A stretch of DNA of 40,909 nt, counting the filler, from Candidatus Nanoarchaeia archaeon (GTDB lineage Archaea > Nanobdellota > Nanobdellia > Woesearchaeales > DATDTY01), in assembly GCA_035290625.1 (NCBI GenBank). It is 3 parts of 3 records of this genome, joined end to end, with 100 filler letters (N's around TTAATTAATTAA, not from the genome) between each part and the next. Parts side by side here need not be neighbours in the genome. Positions count along the whole stretch, not along the records: positions 3,852 to 32,835 come from DATDTY010000083.1; 2 more parts are not named here. One strand, given 5' to 3'. Shown here piece after piece: positions 19,056 to 28,731 of the stretch (its first letter is position 1; every line of letters begins with the position of its first letter). The translations under genes were made by a program, and so were the position numbers. The notes beneath the pieces were generated by a model that saw only the letters and a program-made list of their open reading frames with translations, searched no databases and had not been told where the DNA came from.

Positions 19056-20126
19056 TCAGGCAGGAGAAAAAAGAGCCTCAACAAGATCTTTCATAAACAA
19101 GGCAGCTTCTCTCCCATCAACAACGCGGTGGTCATAGCTGAGGGAAAGCGGCAGTATCTTCCGTACAACAACCTTTCCTTCCTTCACAACAGCCTCGTCC
19201 TGTATATCGCCCATACCTAAGATTGCCACTTCAGGATAATTGATGACAGGCGTGAAGTATTCTACTCCAAGATGGCCTAGGTTCGTGATTGTGAAGCTTC
19301 CTCCTTTCATGTCCATGGGATTGAGTTTCTTGCCCACCTTAGCGAAATTCTGGATCTCTTTGGCAATTGTGATGGTGTCTTTTTGGTCAGCTCCCTTGAC
19401 AACCGGAACCCTTAATCCATCTCCCTCATCAACAGCGATGCCAATATTGTAGTATTTCTTAACCCGTATCTCTCCTGCAGCTTCGTCAAGGGTTGAATTC
19501 AGCATGGGATGTTTCTTCAAAGCAGCGACAACAGCCTTCACAACATAAGGAAGATACGTCAGTTTCACATCCTCACTCTCAGCTTTCTTCTTCTCCTTTT
19601 CCCGCAAAACAGCAAGTTTTGTAACATCAGCTTGCTGCATATGCGTGACTTGAGCAGTAGTGCGGATGCTCTCAGCCATATGCTCTGCAATCGCCTTCCT
19701 GATGCCTGAAAAAGGAACCCTGTCAATGTAGCCGAACATGTCATATTTCTTCTGAACCTTGACGCCCTTGCTCTCAGCTGCCAACCCTGCCTTTCCTTCC
19801 TTTCTTGGTATGTGAATCTTCTCAGCCTTCTGCTTCTCTCCATCATCCAGGAACCCGATTACAGTACCGGCGTCCTTCTTCTCTTCGCCTGATTCCTTGA
19901 TCGTAACCATTGTCTGGCCGACTCTGATGACCCCTCCTTCTTTGACATGCAGCCTGATGATGGTTCCAGCTTTTGGGCTTGGAATTTCAACAATGGCCTT
20001 GTCTGTCTCTATCTCTCCCAGGGCCTGATCTGCATCGACAGCATCCCCCTCCTTGACCAGCCATTTGACTATCGTTCCTTCCTGTATGCCTTCTCCTACA
20101 TCCGGGAACTTGAATTCGTATGCCAT
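19056..20126 (-). CDS. pdhC: 2-oxoacid dehydrogenase E2 (dihydrolipoamide acyltransferase)
   Basis: Lipoyl domain with ETDKA; catalytic DHRVVDG; no recognisable peripheral subunit-binding domain. Confidence 0.92.
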   Translation of the reverse strand: MAYEFKFPDVGEGIQEGTIVKWLVKEGDAVDADQALGEIETDKAIVEIPSPKAGTIIRLHVKEGGVIRVGQTMVTIKESGEEKKDAGTVIGFLDDGEKQKAEKIHIPRKEGKAGLAAESKGVKVQKKYDMFGYIDRVPFSGIRKAIAEHMAESIRTTAQVTHMQQADVTKLAVLREKEKKKAESEDVKLTYLPYVVKAVVAALKKHPMLNSTLDEAAGEIRVKKYYNIGIAVDEGDGLRVPVVKGADQKDTITIAKEIQNFAKVGKKLNPMDMKGGSFTITNLGHLGVEYFTPVINYPEVAILGMGDIQDEAVVKEGKVVVRKILPLSLSYDHRVVDGREAALFMKDLVEALFSPA

Positions 20127-21091
20127 CAGTAGCTCATCACCCTCTTCATCGCCTCAACAACACGCACGACATTCGGAAGATACAATCTCTCCATCTTATA
20201 GAGCGGAAACACCGTGTCAAACCCGGCAACCCGTTCAACAGGAGCTTTCAGCTCACCAAAAATCTCCTCGTTCAGCCTTGCAATGATCTCTGCCCCAAAG
20301 CCGGAGGTCTTGGGAGCTTCATGGACAATAATGCACCTTCCTGTCTTCTTTACTGAGTTAATAATAGTTTGCATATCCAATGGCTTAAGAGTCATGACAT
20401 TCACAATCTCACAATCAATATCAACGCGGGATGCAGCATCTTTCACAACCTGGAGCATCGCTCCCCAGCTAATAATAGTAACATCCTTCCCTTCTCTCGC
20501 GAGCTTGCACTTGCCTAAAGGAATCACATACTCCTTGTCAGGAACCTCTTCCTTGATTTGCCGGTACAGCCGCTGCGGCTCGAAGAAAATCACCGGGTCG
20601 TTATCCCTGATTGCTGCAGCCAACAGCCCCTTTGCCTCATATGGGGTTGAGGGAACCACTACCTTCAGCCCGGGGATATGGCAGTACAAGGCTTCCATGC
20701 TTTCTGAATGGTGCTCTAAAGCCCTGATCCCCCCTCCATACGGAGTCCTGATAACCAGAGGGCAGCTGAATGCGCCTCGCGATCGATGCCTGATCCTGGA
20801 AGCATGGGAAATCAGGTGGTCAATGCCTGCGTAGAGAAACCCAGAAAACTGGATCTCTGCAACAGGCCGCAAACCTGCAACTGCCATTCCGATCGATGCT
20901 GCCACAATCCCTGCCTCAGACAGCGGAGTGTCCATCACCCTGTTTTCCCCAAACTTCTTTTGCAATCCATCAGTAACCCTGAAAACCCCTCCATTCCTTC
21001 CGACATCCTCTCCAAGGACAACAACATTCTTGTCTCTCTTCATCTCCCGGAATAATGCAAGGTTGATCGCTTCAACAATTGTTCGTTCCAT
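20126..21091 (-). CDS. pdhB: 2-oxoacid (pyruvate) dehydrogenase E1 beta
   Basis: GEDVGRNGGVFRVT; DTPLSE; EIQF; HHSES; VHEA. Confidence 0.93.
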   Translation of the reverse strand: MERTIVEAINLALFREMKRDKNVVVLGEDVGRNGGVFRVTDGLQKKFGENRVMDTPLSEAGIVAASIGMAVAGLRPVAEIQFSGFLYAGIDHLISHASRIRHRSRGAFSCPLVIRTPYGGGIRALEHHSESMEALYCHIPGLKVVVPSTPYEAKGLLAAAIRDNDPVIFFEPQRLYRQIKEEVPDKEYVIPLGKCKLAREGKDVTIISWGAMLQVVKDAASRVDIDCEIVNVMTLKPLDMQTIINSVKKTGRCIIVHEAPKTSGFGAEIIARLNEEIFGELKAPVERVAGFDTVFPLYKMERLYLPNVVRVVEAMKRVMSY

Positions 21092-21092
21092 C

Positions 21093-22118
21093 TCACTTCA
21101 GCCCCTTCAGATATTGAAGTTGCTTCCTCAGCTCCTCAGGCATCTCTTTATACATATACTGGAACATATCATCAACAGGGCAGGATTTGTCGTTCTCATA
21201 CTGGCGCACTGCCTCTTCAACCAGCTCTTTGTTCTTCTTCAGGATCGCAGTTCTCTGCTGAACCAGGCTCATCTGGAACCTCTCAAGCCTTTCAATGGGA
21301 TCTCTCTTTTTCCAGTGTTCAACCTCTTCCTTTGAGCGATACCGAAACGCATCATCACTTGTTGTATGGTCAGACATCCTGTAAGTAACTGCCTCAATCA
21401 GCGTCGGGCCTTTCCCTTGCTTTGCCCTGGCCAATGCGTCTGCTGTTGCCTTATAGACTCCGAACACATCATTTCCGTCAACCCGGATTCCCTGGATGCC
21501 GTAGGCAATCGCTTTCTGGCAGAATGTTTCTGCGTGTGTCTGGGAGCCCGGGGCTGTCGATATCGCCCACTGGTTGTTCTCGCAAAAAAACACAACAGGA
21601 GCATTGAAGACTCCCGCAAAGTTCAAGCCGTCGTGGAAGTCTCCCCTGCTTGTAGCCCCATCTCCAAAATACGCAAGCACCGCGCTCTTCTTCTTCTGGA
21701 TCTTCAGGGCAATCCCTGCGCCCATCGCCAGGGCAATCTGTGATCCAACAGGGATGGATATCGGAAAGATGTTCCTCCCTTTTGGAGGGATATTTCCCCG
21801 TTCATCCCCTCCCCAATACCTCAACAAGTTCAGCATAGGCACACCCATCGCAATCAGGCTGCCGGTCTGCCGATAGCTTGGGAACACCCAGTCTTCTGCC
21901 TCAACCGCCAGAGCAGAGCCGACTTGGGAAGCCTCCTCTCCAACGTACTGCGCATACGTTCCTATCCTGCCCTGCCTCTGCAGACTTAATGCTTTCTGGT
22001 CAAACTGGCGAATGAGAAGCATCTTCTCGTAGAATTCCTGTGCGCGTTGCCTGGGAAAACTGCCTTTCGCTCTTCCTTTCTCATCCAGGAGCTGCAACTC
22101 ACTAAACGCCTTTTTCAT
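21093..22118 (-). CDS. pdhA: 2-oxoacid (pyruvate) dehydrogenase E1 alpha
   Basis: LQRQGRIGTY; TPP motif GDGATS...ENN; YRMSDHTTSDD. Confidence 0.93.
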   Translation of the reverse strand: MKKAFSELQLLDEKGRAKGSFPRQRAQEFYEKMLLIRQFDQKALSLQRQGRIGTYAQYVGEEASQVGSALAVEAEDWVFPSYRQTGSLIAMGVPMLNLLRYWGGDERGNIPPKGRNIFPISIPVGSQIALAMGAGIALKIQKKKSAVLAYFGDGATSRGDFHDGLNFAGVFNAPVVFFCENNQWAISTAPGSQTHAETFCQKAIAYGIQGIRVDGNDVFGVYKATADALARAKQGKGPTLIEAVTYRMSDHTTSDDAFRYRSKEEVEHWKKRDPIERLERFQMSLVQQRTAILKKNKELVEEAVRQYENDKSCPVDDMFQYMYKEMPEELRKQLQYLKGLK

Positions 22119-22999
22119 GAGAGACGATGAGAATCCAGGCTCTTATAAAGATTGTTATTTGCTCTCTCAAAATACTCTCCTGCCCTGTACGAGCTTCTGA
22201 CTAATGCACCGGAGGCGACATACCTGAATCCCATCTCCTCTCCCACTTTCTTATAGAATAAGAACTTTTCAGGAGCGACGTATTCTCTCACAGGGGCATG
22301 CCTGAAGCCTGGGCTCAGGTATTGGCCGATCGTCAGGAAATCGACGCCGTTCTTCCTTAAATCCCTCATCGCAGCAACAACCTCCTCCGTGCTCTCGCCA
22401 AAGCCCACCATGATGGAAGATTTGGTGCACCGTGTTGCGTCAAGCTCCTTTATCGCCCTCAAAACAAAAAGGCTTTGCCGATAATCCGCCCTCCTGTCCC
22501 TCACTTTTGCCTGGAGCCGCTCAACCACCTCGATATTATGCGCGATAACATCGGGATTTGCAGCGATGATAGCGTTCAGGCAATCAAGATTTCCCCTAAA
22601 GTCTGGAATGAGAACCTCAATCTTGATTTGAGGATTTGATTTCCGTATCTCTCTGACGCATCCGGCAAAATGACTGGCTCCTTGATCAGGAAGGTCGTCC
22701 CTGTCCACAGAGGTGACAACAACATACGTAAGCCCCCATGAATGAATCGTCTCGGCTAATCTCCTTGGCTCTTCAGGATCCAATTCCTTCCCGGAGACTG
22801 CAGTCTTCACAGCGCAGAACCGGCAGCCCCGGGTGCAGACATCGCCCATCACCATGAATGTTGCTGTGCCTCCACTCCAGCATTCAGAGATATTGGGGCA
22901 ATGGGCCTCCTCGCAGACCGTGACCAGCTTTTGCGCATGGATTGTCTCCTGCACATCCCTGAATGTTTGCAGGAGAGGGAGCCTGATCTTCGGCTTCAT
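22115..22999 (-). CDS. lipA: Lipoyl synthase (radical SAM)
   Basis: CEEAHCPNISEC auxiliary cluster motif; CTRGCRFC radical SAM motif; C-terminal RSSY. Confidence 0.95.
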   Translation of the reverse strand: MKPKIRLPLLQTFRDVQETIHAQKLVTVCEEAHCPNISECWSGGTATFMVMGDVCTRGCRFCAVKTAVSGKELDPEEPRRLAETIHSWGLTYVVVTSVDRDDLPDQGASHFAGCVREIRKSNPQIKIEVLIPDFRGNLDCLNAIIAANPDVIAHNIEVVERLQAKVRDRRADYRQSLFVLRAIKELDATRCTKSSIMVGFGESTEEVVAAMRDLRKNGVDFLTIGQYLSPGFRHAPVREYVAPEKFLFYKKVGEEMGFRYVASGALVRSSYRAGEYFERANNNLYKSLDSHRLS

Positions 23000-23280
23000 T
23001 TTCCGAGGGCCCAATTCTTCAGCGTCTCAAAATCACAGGATCCGCAGATCTTTTTTCCTGTTTTCTCGTTATAGAACAAGGGCACTCCTCCGCAGAATAC
23101 TTTTCCATGCCCATCGGTGTCTACAGACTCCATGAACTTCGCATTTTCCTCGTTGTGCCAGACCTCGACGTAATGGATCTTCACGCCCAGCTCCTTCTCA
23201 ACTTTCCTGATAATGGGATCCATCTCCCTGCAGTGGACGCATTCAGTTCCGGAAAACTGAACCAGCCTGTCTTTTGTCAT
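22996..23280 (-). CDS. Thioredoxin/glutaredoxin-like protein
   Basis: CVHC active site; cis-Pro CGGVPLF; ATGA overlap with lipA. Confidence 0.85.
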   Translation of the reverse strand: MTKDRLVQFSGTECVHCREMDPIIRKVEKELGVKIHYVEVWHNEENAKFMESVDTDGHGKVFCGGVPLFYNEKTGKKICGSCDFETLKNWALGK

Positions 23281-23509
23281 ACTCCGGAGCAGGTTTGCAC
23301 GGCTATTTAATTGTTTTTCTTTTTGCACAGATTGTATCGACGGGAAGAAGATCAGCCATTGAAAAAATCAACTCTTTTTTGCCGAAGGGCGAAGAACATG
23401 AACTCCCATAGCATTGCTCTGCTTACACTTTCTCATCAAAAAAAGCAAAAAGTATTTAAAGGAGAAAAATCAGTAAAAAAATAGCAAATCTGCTAAAGAG
23501 GTGAAGTGC

Positions 23510-23551
23510 ATGGCAAAAAAGAGAAAGGCAGCAAAGAAAAAGAAGAGGTAA
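23510..23551 (+). CDS. Putative 13-aa basic micro-peptide MAKKRKAAKKKKR
   Basis: TATA-like TATTTAAA near 23453, SD GAGGTGA 5 nt upstream, downstream hairpin CTGCCTCAG/CTGGGGCAG plus T-rich tract. Confidence 0.5.
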   Translation: MAKKRKAAKKKKR

Positions 23552-23596
23552 AATCTTTGGACTGCCTCAGACAGCTGGGGCAGAACTTCTTCTTTA

Positions 23597-23763
23597 AGGC
23601 TGCGTTCAAATTCTCGCTTCGCTCGGATTGCCATCGGTTCGCTTTGTTATTCTCTCAGAACAGGGCTGACTTCCCAGTAAGGGACATCCCCCTGTCAGCA
23701 CGTTACGGTGTTTGTGATGGAACGCTCACAAAATGATGGCAACCTTCACTTTGAACGCAGCCT
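23597..23763. mobile_element. MITE-like element A
   Basis: Perfect 14-bp TIR AGGCTGCGTTCAAA/TTTGAACGCAGCCT, flanked by the exact 7-bp direct repeat TTCTTTA; no protein-like ORF inside. Confidence 0.75.
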
Positions 23764-23807
23764 TTCTTTAAGCAAAGCATAAATACACAAGATATTTCTT
23801 ACCGCTT

Positions 23808-25001
23808 ATGCTTATCGGACTCGTCGGCAAGCCGAATGTTGGAAAATCGACGTTCTTCAAGGCGGCAACCCTGGCTGAGGTTGAGATTGCCAATTACCCC
23901 TTTGTCACAATTAAGCCGAACCATGGGACTGCCTATGTCAAGGTGGAATGCGCGGAGAAGGAGCTTGGCACGACGTGCAACCCGAGGCTCGGTTACTGCA
24001 TTCGAGGGAGCAGGTTTGTTCCCGTTGATACTATGGATGTGGCAGGCCTGGTTGAGGGCGCGCATGAAGGGAAGGGAATGGGCAACCAGTTTCTCGATGA
24101 CCTCAATCAGGCGGACGTTCTTATCCACGTCATTGACTGCGCGGGAGCAACGAATGCGAAGGGTGAGCCGGTAAGCCCCGGGACAAGGGACCCTGCCTTA
24201 GATGTGCGGTTCCTTGAGGCAGAGCTTGACCACTGGTACCTTCGCCTCATCAGGAAGGGATGGGAGAAGTTCTCGAGGGCAGTCAACCACAAAAAGTCAG
24301 ATCTTGCAAAGGCGCTGGCAAAGCAGCTCAGCAGCCTTGGGGTGAGCGACAAGCTCTGCGAAGCTGTTCTGGAATTTTTGGAGCTTCCTTTGGACCTCAA
24401 AGAGTGGAGCGACAGCCAGGTTGTGCTGTTTGCGGCAGAGCTGCGGAAGGCTACCAAGCCGATGCTGGTGGCCTGCAATAAGATGGATCTTCCCGGCAGC
24501 AAGGAGAACCTGCTGAGGCTCAGACAGCAATTTCCAGGAATAACCTTTGTAGCGTGCTCAGCTGATGCAGAGCTTGCGCTGCGGGAGGCAGCAAAGAGGG
24601 GGCTTATTGACTATATTCCGGGTGAGAATCATTTTGAGACCAAGAAAGAAGCAGCTTTGACAGACGGACAGAGGCGAGGACTCGATCAGATACAAAAGCT
24701 CCTGGCTGGCCATGCTTCCACAGGAGTGCAGGAGGCCCTGGACAAAGCTGTCTTTGAACTGCTTAAGTATATCGCAGTCTTTCCTGGAGGGGTCCATAAG
24801 CTTGAGGATTCAGAGGGCAGGAGACTGCCTGACTGCTTCCTGGTTCCCGGAGGCAGCACTGCGCTGGATTTTGCGTATCGCCTCCATACTGACTTCGGAA
24901 AGAAATTTATCCGTGCAATCGACGTAAAGACCCGGCGGACCGTTGGCAAGGAGCATGTGCTGAATCACCGGGATGTCATTGAGATCATCCATAATGCATA
25001 A
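23808..25001 (+). CDS. ychF: YchF/Ola1 family (archaeal Ygr210-type) NTPase with TGS domain
   Basis: GKPNVGKST; NYPFVTI; DVAGLVEGAHEGKGMGNQFL; NKMD; C-terminal TGS HTDFG. Confidence 0.93.
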   Translation: MLIGLVGKPNVGKSTFFKAATLAEVEIANYPFVTIKPNHGTAYVKVECAEKELGTTCNPRLGYCIRGSRFVPVDTMDVAGLVEGAHEGKGMGNQFLDDLNQADVLIHVIDCAGATNAKGEPVSPGTRDPALDVRFLEAELDHWYLRLIRKGWEKFSRAVNHKKSDLAKALAKQLSSLGVSDKLCEAVLEFLELPLDLKEWSDSQVVLFAAELRKATKPMLVACNKMDLPGSKENLLRLRQQFPGITFVACSADAELALREAAKRGLIDYIPGENHFETKKEAALTDGQRRGLDQIQKLLAGHASTGVQEALDKAVFELLKYIAVFPGGVHKLEDSEGRRLPDCFLVPGGSTALDFAYRLHTDFGKKFIRAIDVKTRRTVGKEHVLNHRDVIEIIHNA

Positions 25002-25032
25002 GGCTTAATGCATAGGGGCTTAATGCATAGGG
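24992..25032 (+). repeat. Three tandem copies of TAATGCATA(A/G)GG
   Basis: Copies at 24992, 25006 and 25021, overlapping the ychF stop. Confidence 0.7.
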
Positions 25033-25125
25033 ATTTTAACCCGGGTGGAAATCTTCTGCGGTTCATCTTATGATGCTCTTCGAATGAGAAATTTCGGTGG
25101 AATGATGCTGAAGGGCAATGAGCAA

Positions 25126-25277
25126 CTGCGTTCAAAATCTCTCGGGTGAGCGCCAAGTTCGCCTCTTGATGTTGCTGTGATGAGCGACATATCCCCGTAG
25201 GGGGCAACTCCCTTGTCGCACTGCTTGTTTCAGCGTAGAGGCTCACGAATGGGCGCGCACCTTCATTTTGAACGCGG
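25126..25277. mobile_element. MITE-like element B (homolog of A)
   Basis: Ends CTGCGTTCAAAAT / ATTTTGAACGCGG match element A termini; shares CCTTCA and the internal hairpin core; no clean TSD. Confidence 0.65.
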
Positions 25278-25324
25278 CCGTAGTGAGCACAACATTTATT
25301 AAAACAGCAATAAACTAACAGCCT

Positions 25325-26299
25325 ATGACAACATTGCGTCATGTTGAGCGGCTGGTTCTGGGGAGGCTGGAGCTTAATGCCAGAATCCAGTTTTCCACTC
25401 TTGGGAGGCAGATCAGAAAGAGCCAGCAGCAAGTGAGCTATACGGTCAATTCCCTGGTGGAGAAGGGCGTTATCCGGCAGTTCTACCCCCTTCTGGATTA
25501 CTCCAAGCTGGACAGCCTCAATTTCCGGGTGTACTTCAAGGTCGTCTATATCAGCCAGGAGAAATTCGACGAGATGGTCCAGTACCTCATCGCAGAGCCT
25601 CATACTGCGTGGATTGCAGGATGCGGAGGGAGATATGACCTGATCTGCACATTTTTGGCGCTCAATCCCTCCCAGTTTAACAAGACGTTGAGGGGCATTA
25701 TGGAGAAGTTTCCTGAGCAGCTGCAAAATTACACGGTGCTTACCACAATCGTGATTACACAGTTTGGCAGGAAATATCTCTTCCGCCATGACTTGCTTCC
25801 CGCAGTTATCATCGGAGGGGATCGGAAACCGGAAAAGGTGGATGTGACAGACCTCCATATTCTCCAGGTGCTTGCTGAGGATGGCCGGGCAAGCGCTGTC
25901 AGGATTGGGCAGCTGTTCTCGATGAGCCCGAAGACTGTCATTGAGCGGATCAAGCGCCTGCAGGAGCGAAAGATCATTCTCGGTTTTAGGCCGTCACTCA
26001 ACCCCCGGAAGATGAATTATATCTCTGCCCTGCTGACCATCAAGTACCATAACATCTCAATCGAGATGGAGAAAAGCCTGATCAGCCACCTTAAGGCGCA
26101 TCCGAACGTTGTCAGCATAGCCAAGACCTTAGGGGAATGGGATATTGAAATCATCACTGAAGCTCCGGATATCATGGAGCTCAGGAAGACTGAGATGGAG
26201 ATACGGCAGAAATTTACCGTGCTCATCCAGCAGATTGAGAGTGTCCCGCTGTATAAGATCTACAAGACGAATTTTTTTCCGAAGTTTTTGGTGGGATAA
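25325..26299 (+). CDS. Tandem-duplicated Lrp/AsnC family transcriptional regulator
   Basis: Two HTH+RAM units (LELNARIQFSTLG..., LAEDGRASAVRIG...; GRYDL, GEWDIEI). Confidence 0.88.
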   Translation: MTTLRHVERLVLGRLELNARIQFSTLGRQIRKSQQQVSYTVNSLVEKGVIRQFYPLLDYSKLDSLNFRVYFKVVYISQEKFDEMVQYLIAEPHTAWIAGCGGRYDLICTFLALNPSQFNKTLRGIMEKFPEQLQNYTVLTTIVITQFGRKYLFRHDLLPAVIIGGDRKPEKVDVTDLHILQVLAEDGRASAVRIGQLFSMSPKTVIERIKRLQERKIILGFRPSLNPRKMNYISALLTIKYHNISIEMEKSLISHLKAHPNVVSIAKTLGEWDIEIITEAPDIMELRKTEMEIRQKFTVLIQQIESVPLYKIYKTNFFPKFLVG

Positions 26300-26331
26300 C
26301 CTTTTTATACTTGGGTTTCTGGAAGGGTGCT

Positions 26332-27513
26332 ATGGGTTTTTTCCACCTTCGCGATATTGATGTACGGAACAAGAGAGTCCTCGTGCGGACAGGATTTGAT
26401 GTTCCGCTTCTTTCTGGAAAAATCGAAGATGATCGGAGGATCAGGGAGGGGCTTCCAACAATAAGGCATCTGCTTTCCAGGAAATGCAAAGTTATCCTTA
26501 TTGGCCACATGGGGAGGCCTGGAGGAAGGAGGATTGAGGAATTCCGATACGATCCTGTTGCAAAGAGGCTTTCTCAGCTGCTTGGCAGAAAGGTGGCAAA
26601 ACTCGATGACTGCGTTGGCCCAAAGGTTGCCAGGAAGCTGAAACTCCAGAAGCCAGGCCAGATCATTCTTCTGGAGAACCTGAGATTCCACAAGGAAGAG
26701 CAATCCACAACAACGGGAGAGAGGAGGAGGTTTGGCAAAGCCCTTGCCTCCTACGCAGACGTGTATGTGAATGAGTGCTTCTCAGATTCCCATCATGATG
26801 ACACCTCAATCACTGAGGTTCCTGCCCATATCCTAAGCTGCTCGGGATTCCAGCTTGATGCTGAGCTGGAACACCTGGGAAAGGCTGCAAAGCCCAAGCG
26901 GCCTTTTGTTGCGATTGTCGGAGGGAAGAAGGCTGAGAAGATCGCGACCCTGGAAAAGCTCCTGAAAAGGGCAGATGCGGTGATTGTCTCAGGCCTGATG
27001 GCAAATACCTTCCTTAAGGCCATGGGCATTGATATCCAGACCTCTCTTTATTCAGAAGAGATGCTGAGCCAGGCAAGGAAGCTCTGCAGGCATAAGAAAG
27101 TTATCCTGCCGTTTGACTGCGTCTACATCAATGGAAAAGTGAAGCAGTGCGCAATTTCTCAGTTGCCGAAAGGAGCGAGCATAATGGACATTGGGATGGG
27201 GACTCTTGCCTCTTATAAGAGGATTCTGAGGCTGGCAAGGACTGTCTTTTGGGCAGGGCCTGTTGGAAAGTTTGAAGATAAGCGTTTTGCCCGCGGCACA
27301 AAGGAGATTGCATTTTGCATTGCCAGGAGCAATGCGATCTCTATTGTCGGAGGAGGAGACACTTCTGCCGCAGTTGACCAGTTCGGGGTGGCGAGGAGAT
27401 TTACGCACATCAGTTCAGGCGGCGGAGCATCCCTTGCTGTGGTTGAGGGGAAGAAACTGCCGGGGATTGCTGCTTTGGAGGAGAGCTATAGGAAATTTAA
27501 GAAGGCTCCCTGA
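26332..27513 (+). CDS. pgk: Phosphoglycerate kinase
   Basis: KRVLVR; HMGRP; LLENLRFH; AIVGGKK; GGGDT; HISSGGGASL. Confidence 0.95.
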   Translation: MGFFHLRDIDVRNKRVLVRTGFDVPLLSGKIEDDRRIREGLPTIRHLLSRKCKVILIGHMGRPGGRRIEEFRYDPVAKRLSQLLGRKVAKLDDCVGPKVARKLKLQKPGQIILLENLRFHKEEQSTTTGERRRFGKALASYADVYVNECFSDSHHDDTSITEVPAHILSCSGFQLDAELEHLGKAAKPKRPFVAIVGGKKAEKIATLEKLLKRADAVIVSGLMANTFLKAMGIDIQTSLYSEEMLSQARKLCRHKKVILPFDCVYINGKVKQCAISQLPKGASIMDIGMGTLASYKRILRLARTVFWAGPVGKFEDKRFARGTKEIAFCIARSNAISIVGGGDTSAAVDQFGVARRFTHISSGGGASLAVVEGKKLPGIAALEESYRKFKKAP

Positions 27514-27892
27514 TCTTTTTAATGTTTTCCCAGAGTCCGATTATGTTGCTTTCAGTATCCCTGAAATAGGCTGCGTATCCCATTTCTCCTACCTGGAATT
27601 TTCCTTTTATCATTTTTCCGCCGTTTGCTTCAATCTTCTTTGATGAATCCTCAATGCTTGCCACATTGATGGTTATGACTGCTGAATCAATCGGGGCTTG
27701 TCGCCGCAGTATTCCTCCATTGATGAACCCGCTTTCCTTCGCCATGCCTTTCTCATCTGTAGGGCCTGTGCGGAGTATGACGTACTTCATCTCGGGTATT
27801 GAAACGGCATTCCAATTGAAAACAGCCTCATAGAATCTTTTTGCCCTCTCTACCTGGTCTGCAGGTATCTCAAAATGCACTACTTTGTCCAT
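27497..27892 (-). CDS. VOC/glyoxalase family protein
   Basis: VVHFEIPAD...RAKRFY; INGGI; AYFRDTESNIIGLWE. Confidence 0.9.
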   Translation of the reverse strand: MDKVVHFEIPADQVERAKRFYEAVFNWNAVSIPEMKYVILRTGPTDEKGMAKESGFINGGILRRQAPIDSAVITINVASIEDSSKKIEANGGKMIKGKFQVGEMGYAAYFRDTESNIIGLWENIKKIREPS

Positions 27893-27915
27893 TCTTTTCT
27901 CCCTCCTTGCGTGCG

Positions 27916-28731
27916 TTAGCCTGATTCCTGAATCTTCCCAATCTGAGAATTGAGCAGCCTTATCTCCTTTAGTGCAGCTCCAACATAGTCTGAACTGCCA
28001 TTTTCATCCTTCTCATACGCATAAATAATGCTTGAAGTTGCATGGATGCGGTGAATCCTCTCTTTTGGAACTGCTTCCAATGAGCCTGCCTGGGCTCCGA
28101 TGCCGGGTATGAGCAATGGGACTGGCTGCTTGAATGCTTTGGTTATCCTTTTTAGCTCTCCAGGAAAGGTTGCTCCTATTACAGAGCCTATTCCAGGGGT
28201 GTAATGCTTATTGATCATCTGGGCTATTTTCATCGGGTCCTGGAATTCTGATGAGCTGGGATTGGATGTTTTTGTAAGGATATAGATGCCTTTTCCCTTT
28301 TTGCAGTATTCAAAGAAGGGCTGTAAGGAGTCTGATCCCAAAAATGGGTTTACAGTTACTGCATCTACCTCCCAGAAATCAAAGATCGCTTTTGCATAGA
28401 CTGCATTGGTTTTAGCAATATCTCCGCGCTTTGCATCTAAAATCACGATGTGATCCTTTCCTTTTGCCAGCTCGATGACCTTTTTTAATGCCCTCAACCC
28501 TTCAAATCCGTATTGCTCATAATAAGGAATGTTTGGCTTTACTGCGCCAATCGGGATGTTTTCACCGTCAATTGCTTCAATGATGTTTTTAAAAAAAGAA
28601 AAGATTGTCTTTTCAATGCCCTTATTTGTTTTATCTTTTATTGGTATCTTTTCAATAATGGGATCCAGTCCAACAGAGAGGATTGACTCTTTTTCCTTTA
28701 ATCTGTCTATATAATTCATTTTATAATTCAT
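27916..28731 (-). CDS. pyrF: Orotidine-5'-phosphate decarboxylase
   Basis: VGLDP; KPN; DAKRGDI catalytic motif; TSNP; LIPGIGAQ. Confidence 0.93.
   Translation of the reverse strand: MNYKMNYIDRLKEKESILSVGLDPIIEKIPIKDKTNKGIEKTIFSFFKNIIEAIDGENIPIGAVKPNIPYYEQYGFEGLRALKKVIELAKGKDHIVILDAKRGDIAKTNAVYAKAIFDFWEVDAVTVNPFLGSDSLQPFFEYCKKGKGIYILTKTSNPSSSEFQDPMKIAQMINKHYTPGIGSVIGATFPGELKRITKAFKQPVPLLIPGIGAQAGSLEAVPKERIHRIHATSSIIYAYEKDENGSSDYVGAALKEIRLLNSQIGKIQESG

Noticed and set aside
25050..25125. C/D box sRNA (ATGATG and CTGA-like boxes)
   Set aside because: Boxes are imperfect and no guide target could be verified from the window.
24965..25858. 297-aa minus-strand ORF
   Set aside because: Shadow of the Lrp gene and element B; no protein-like motifs.
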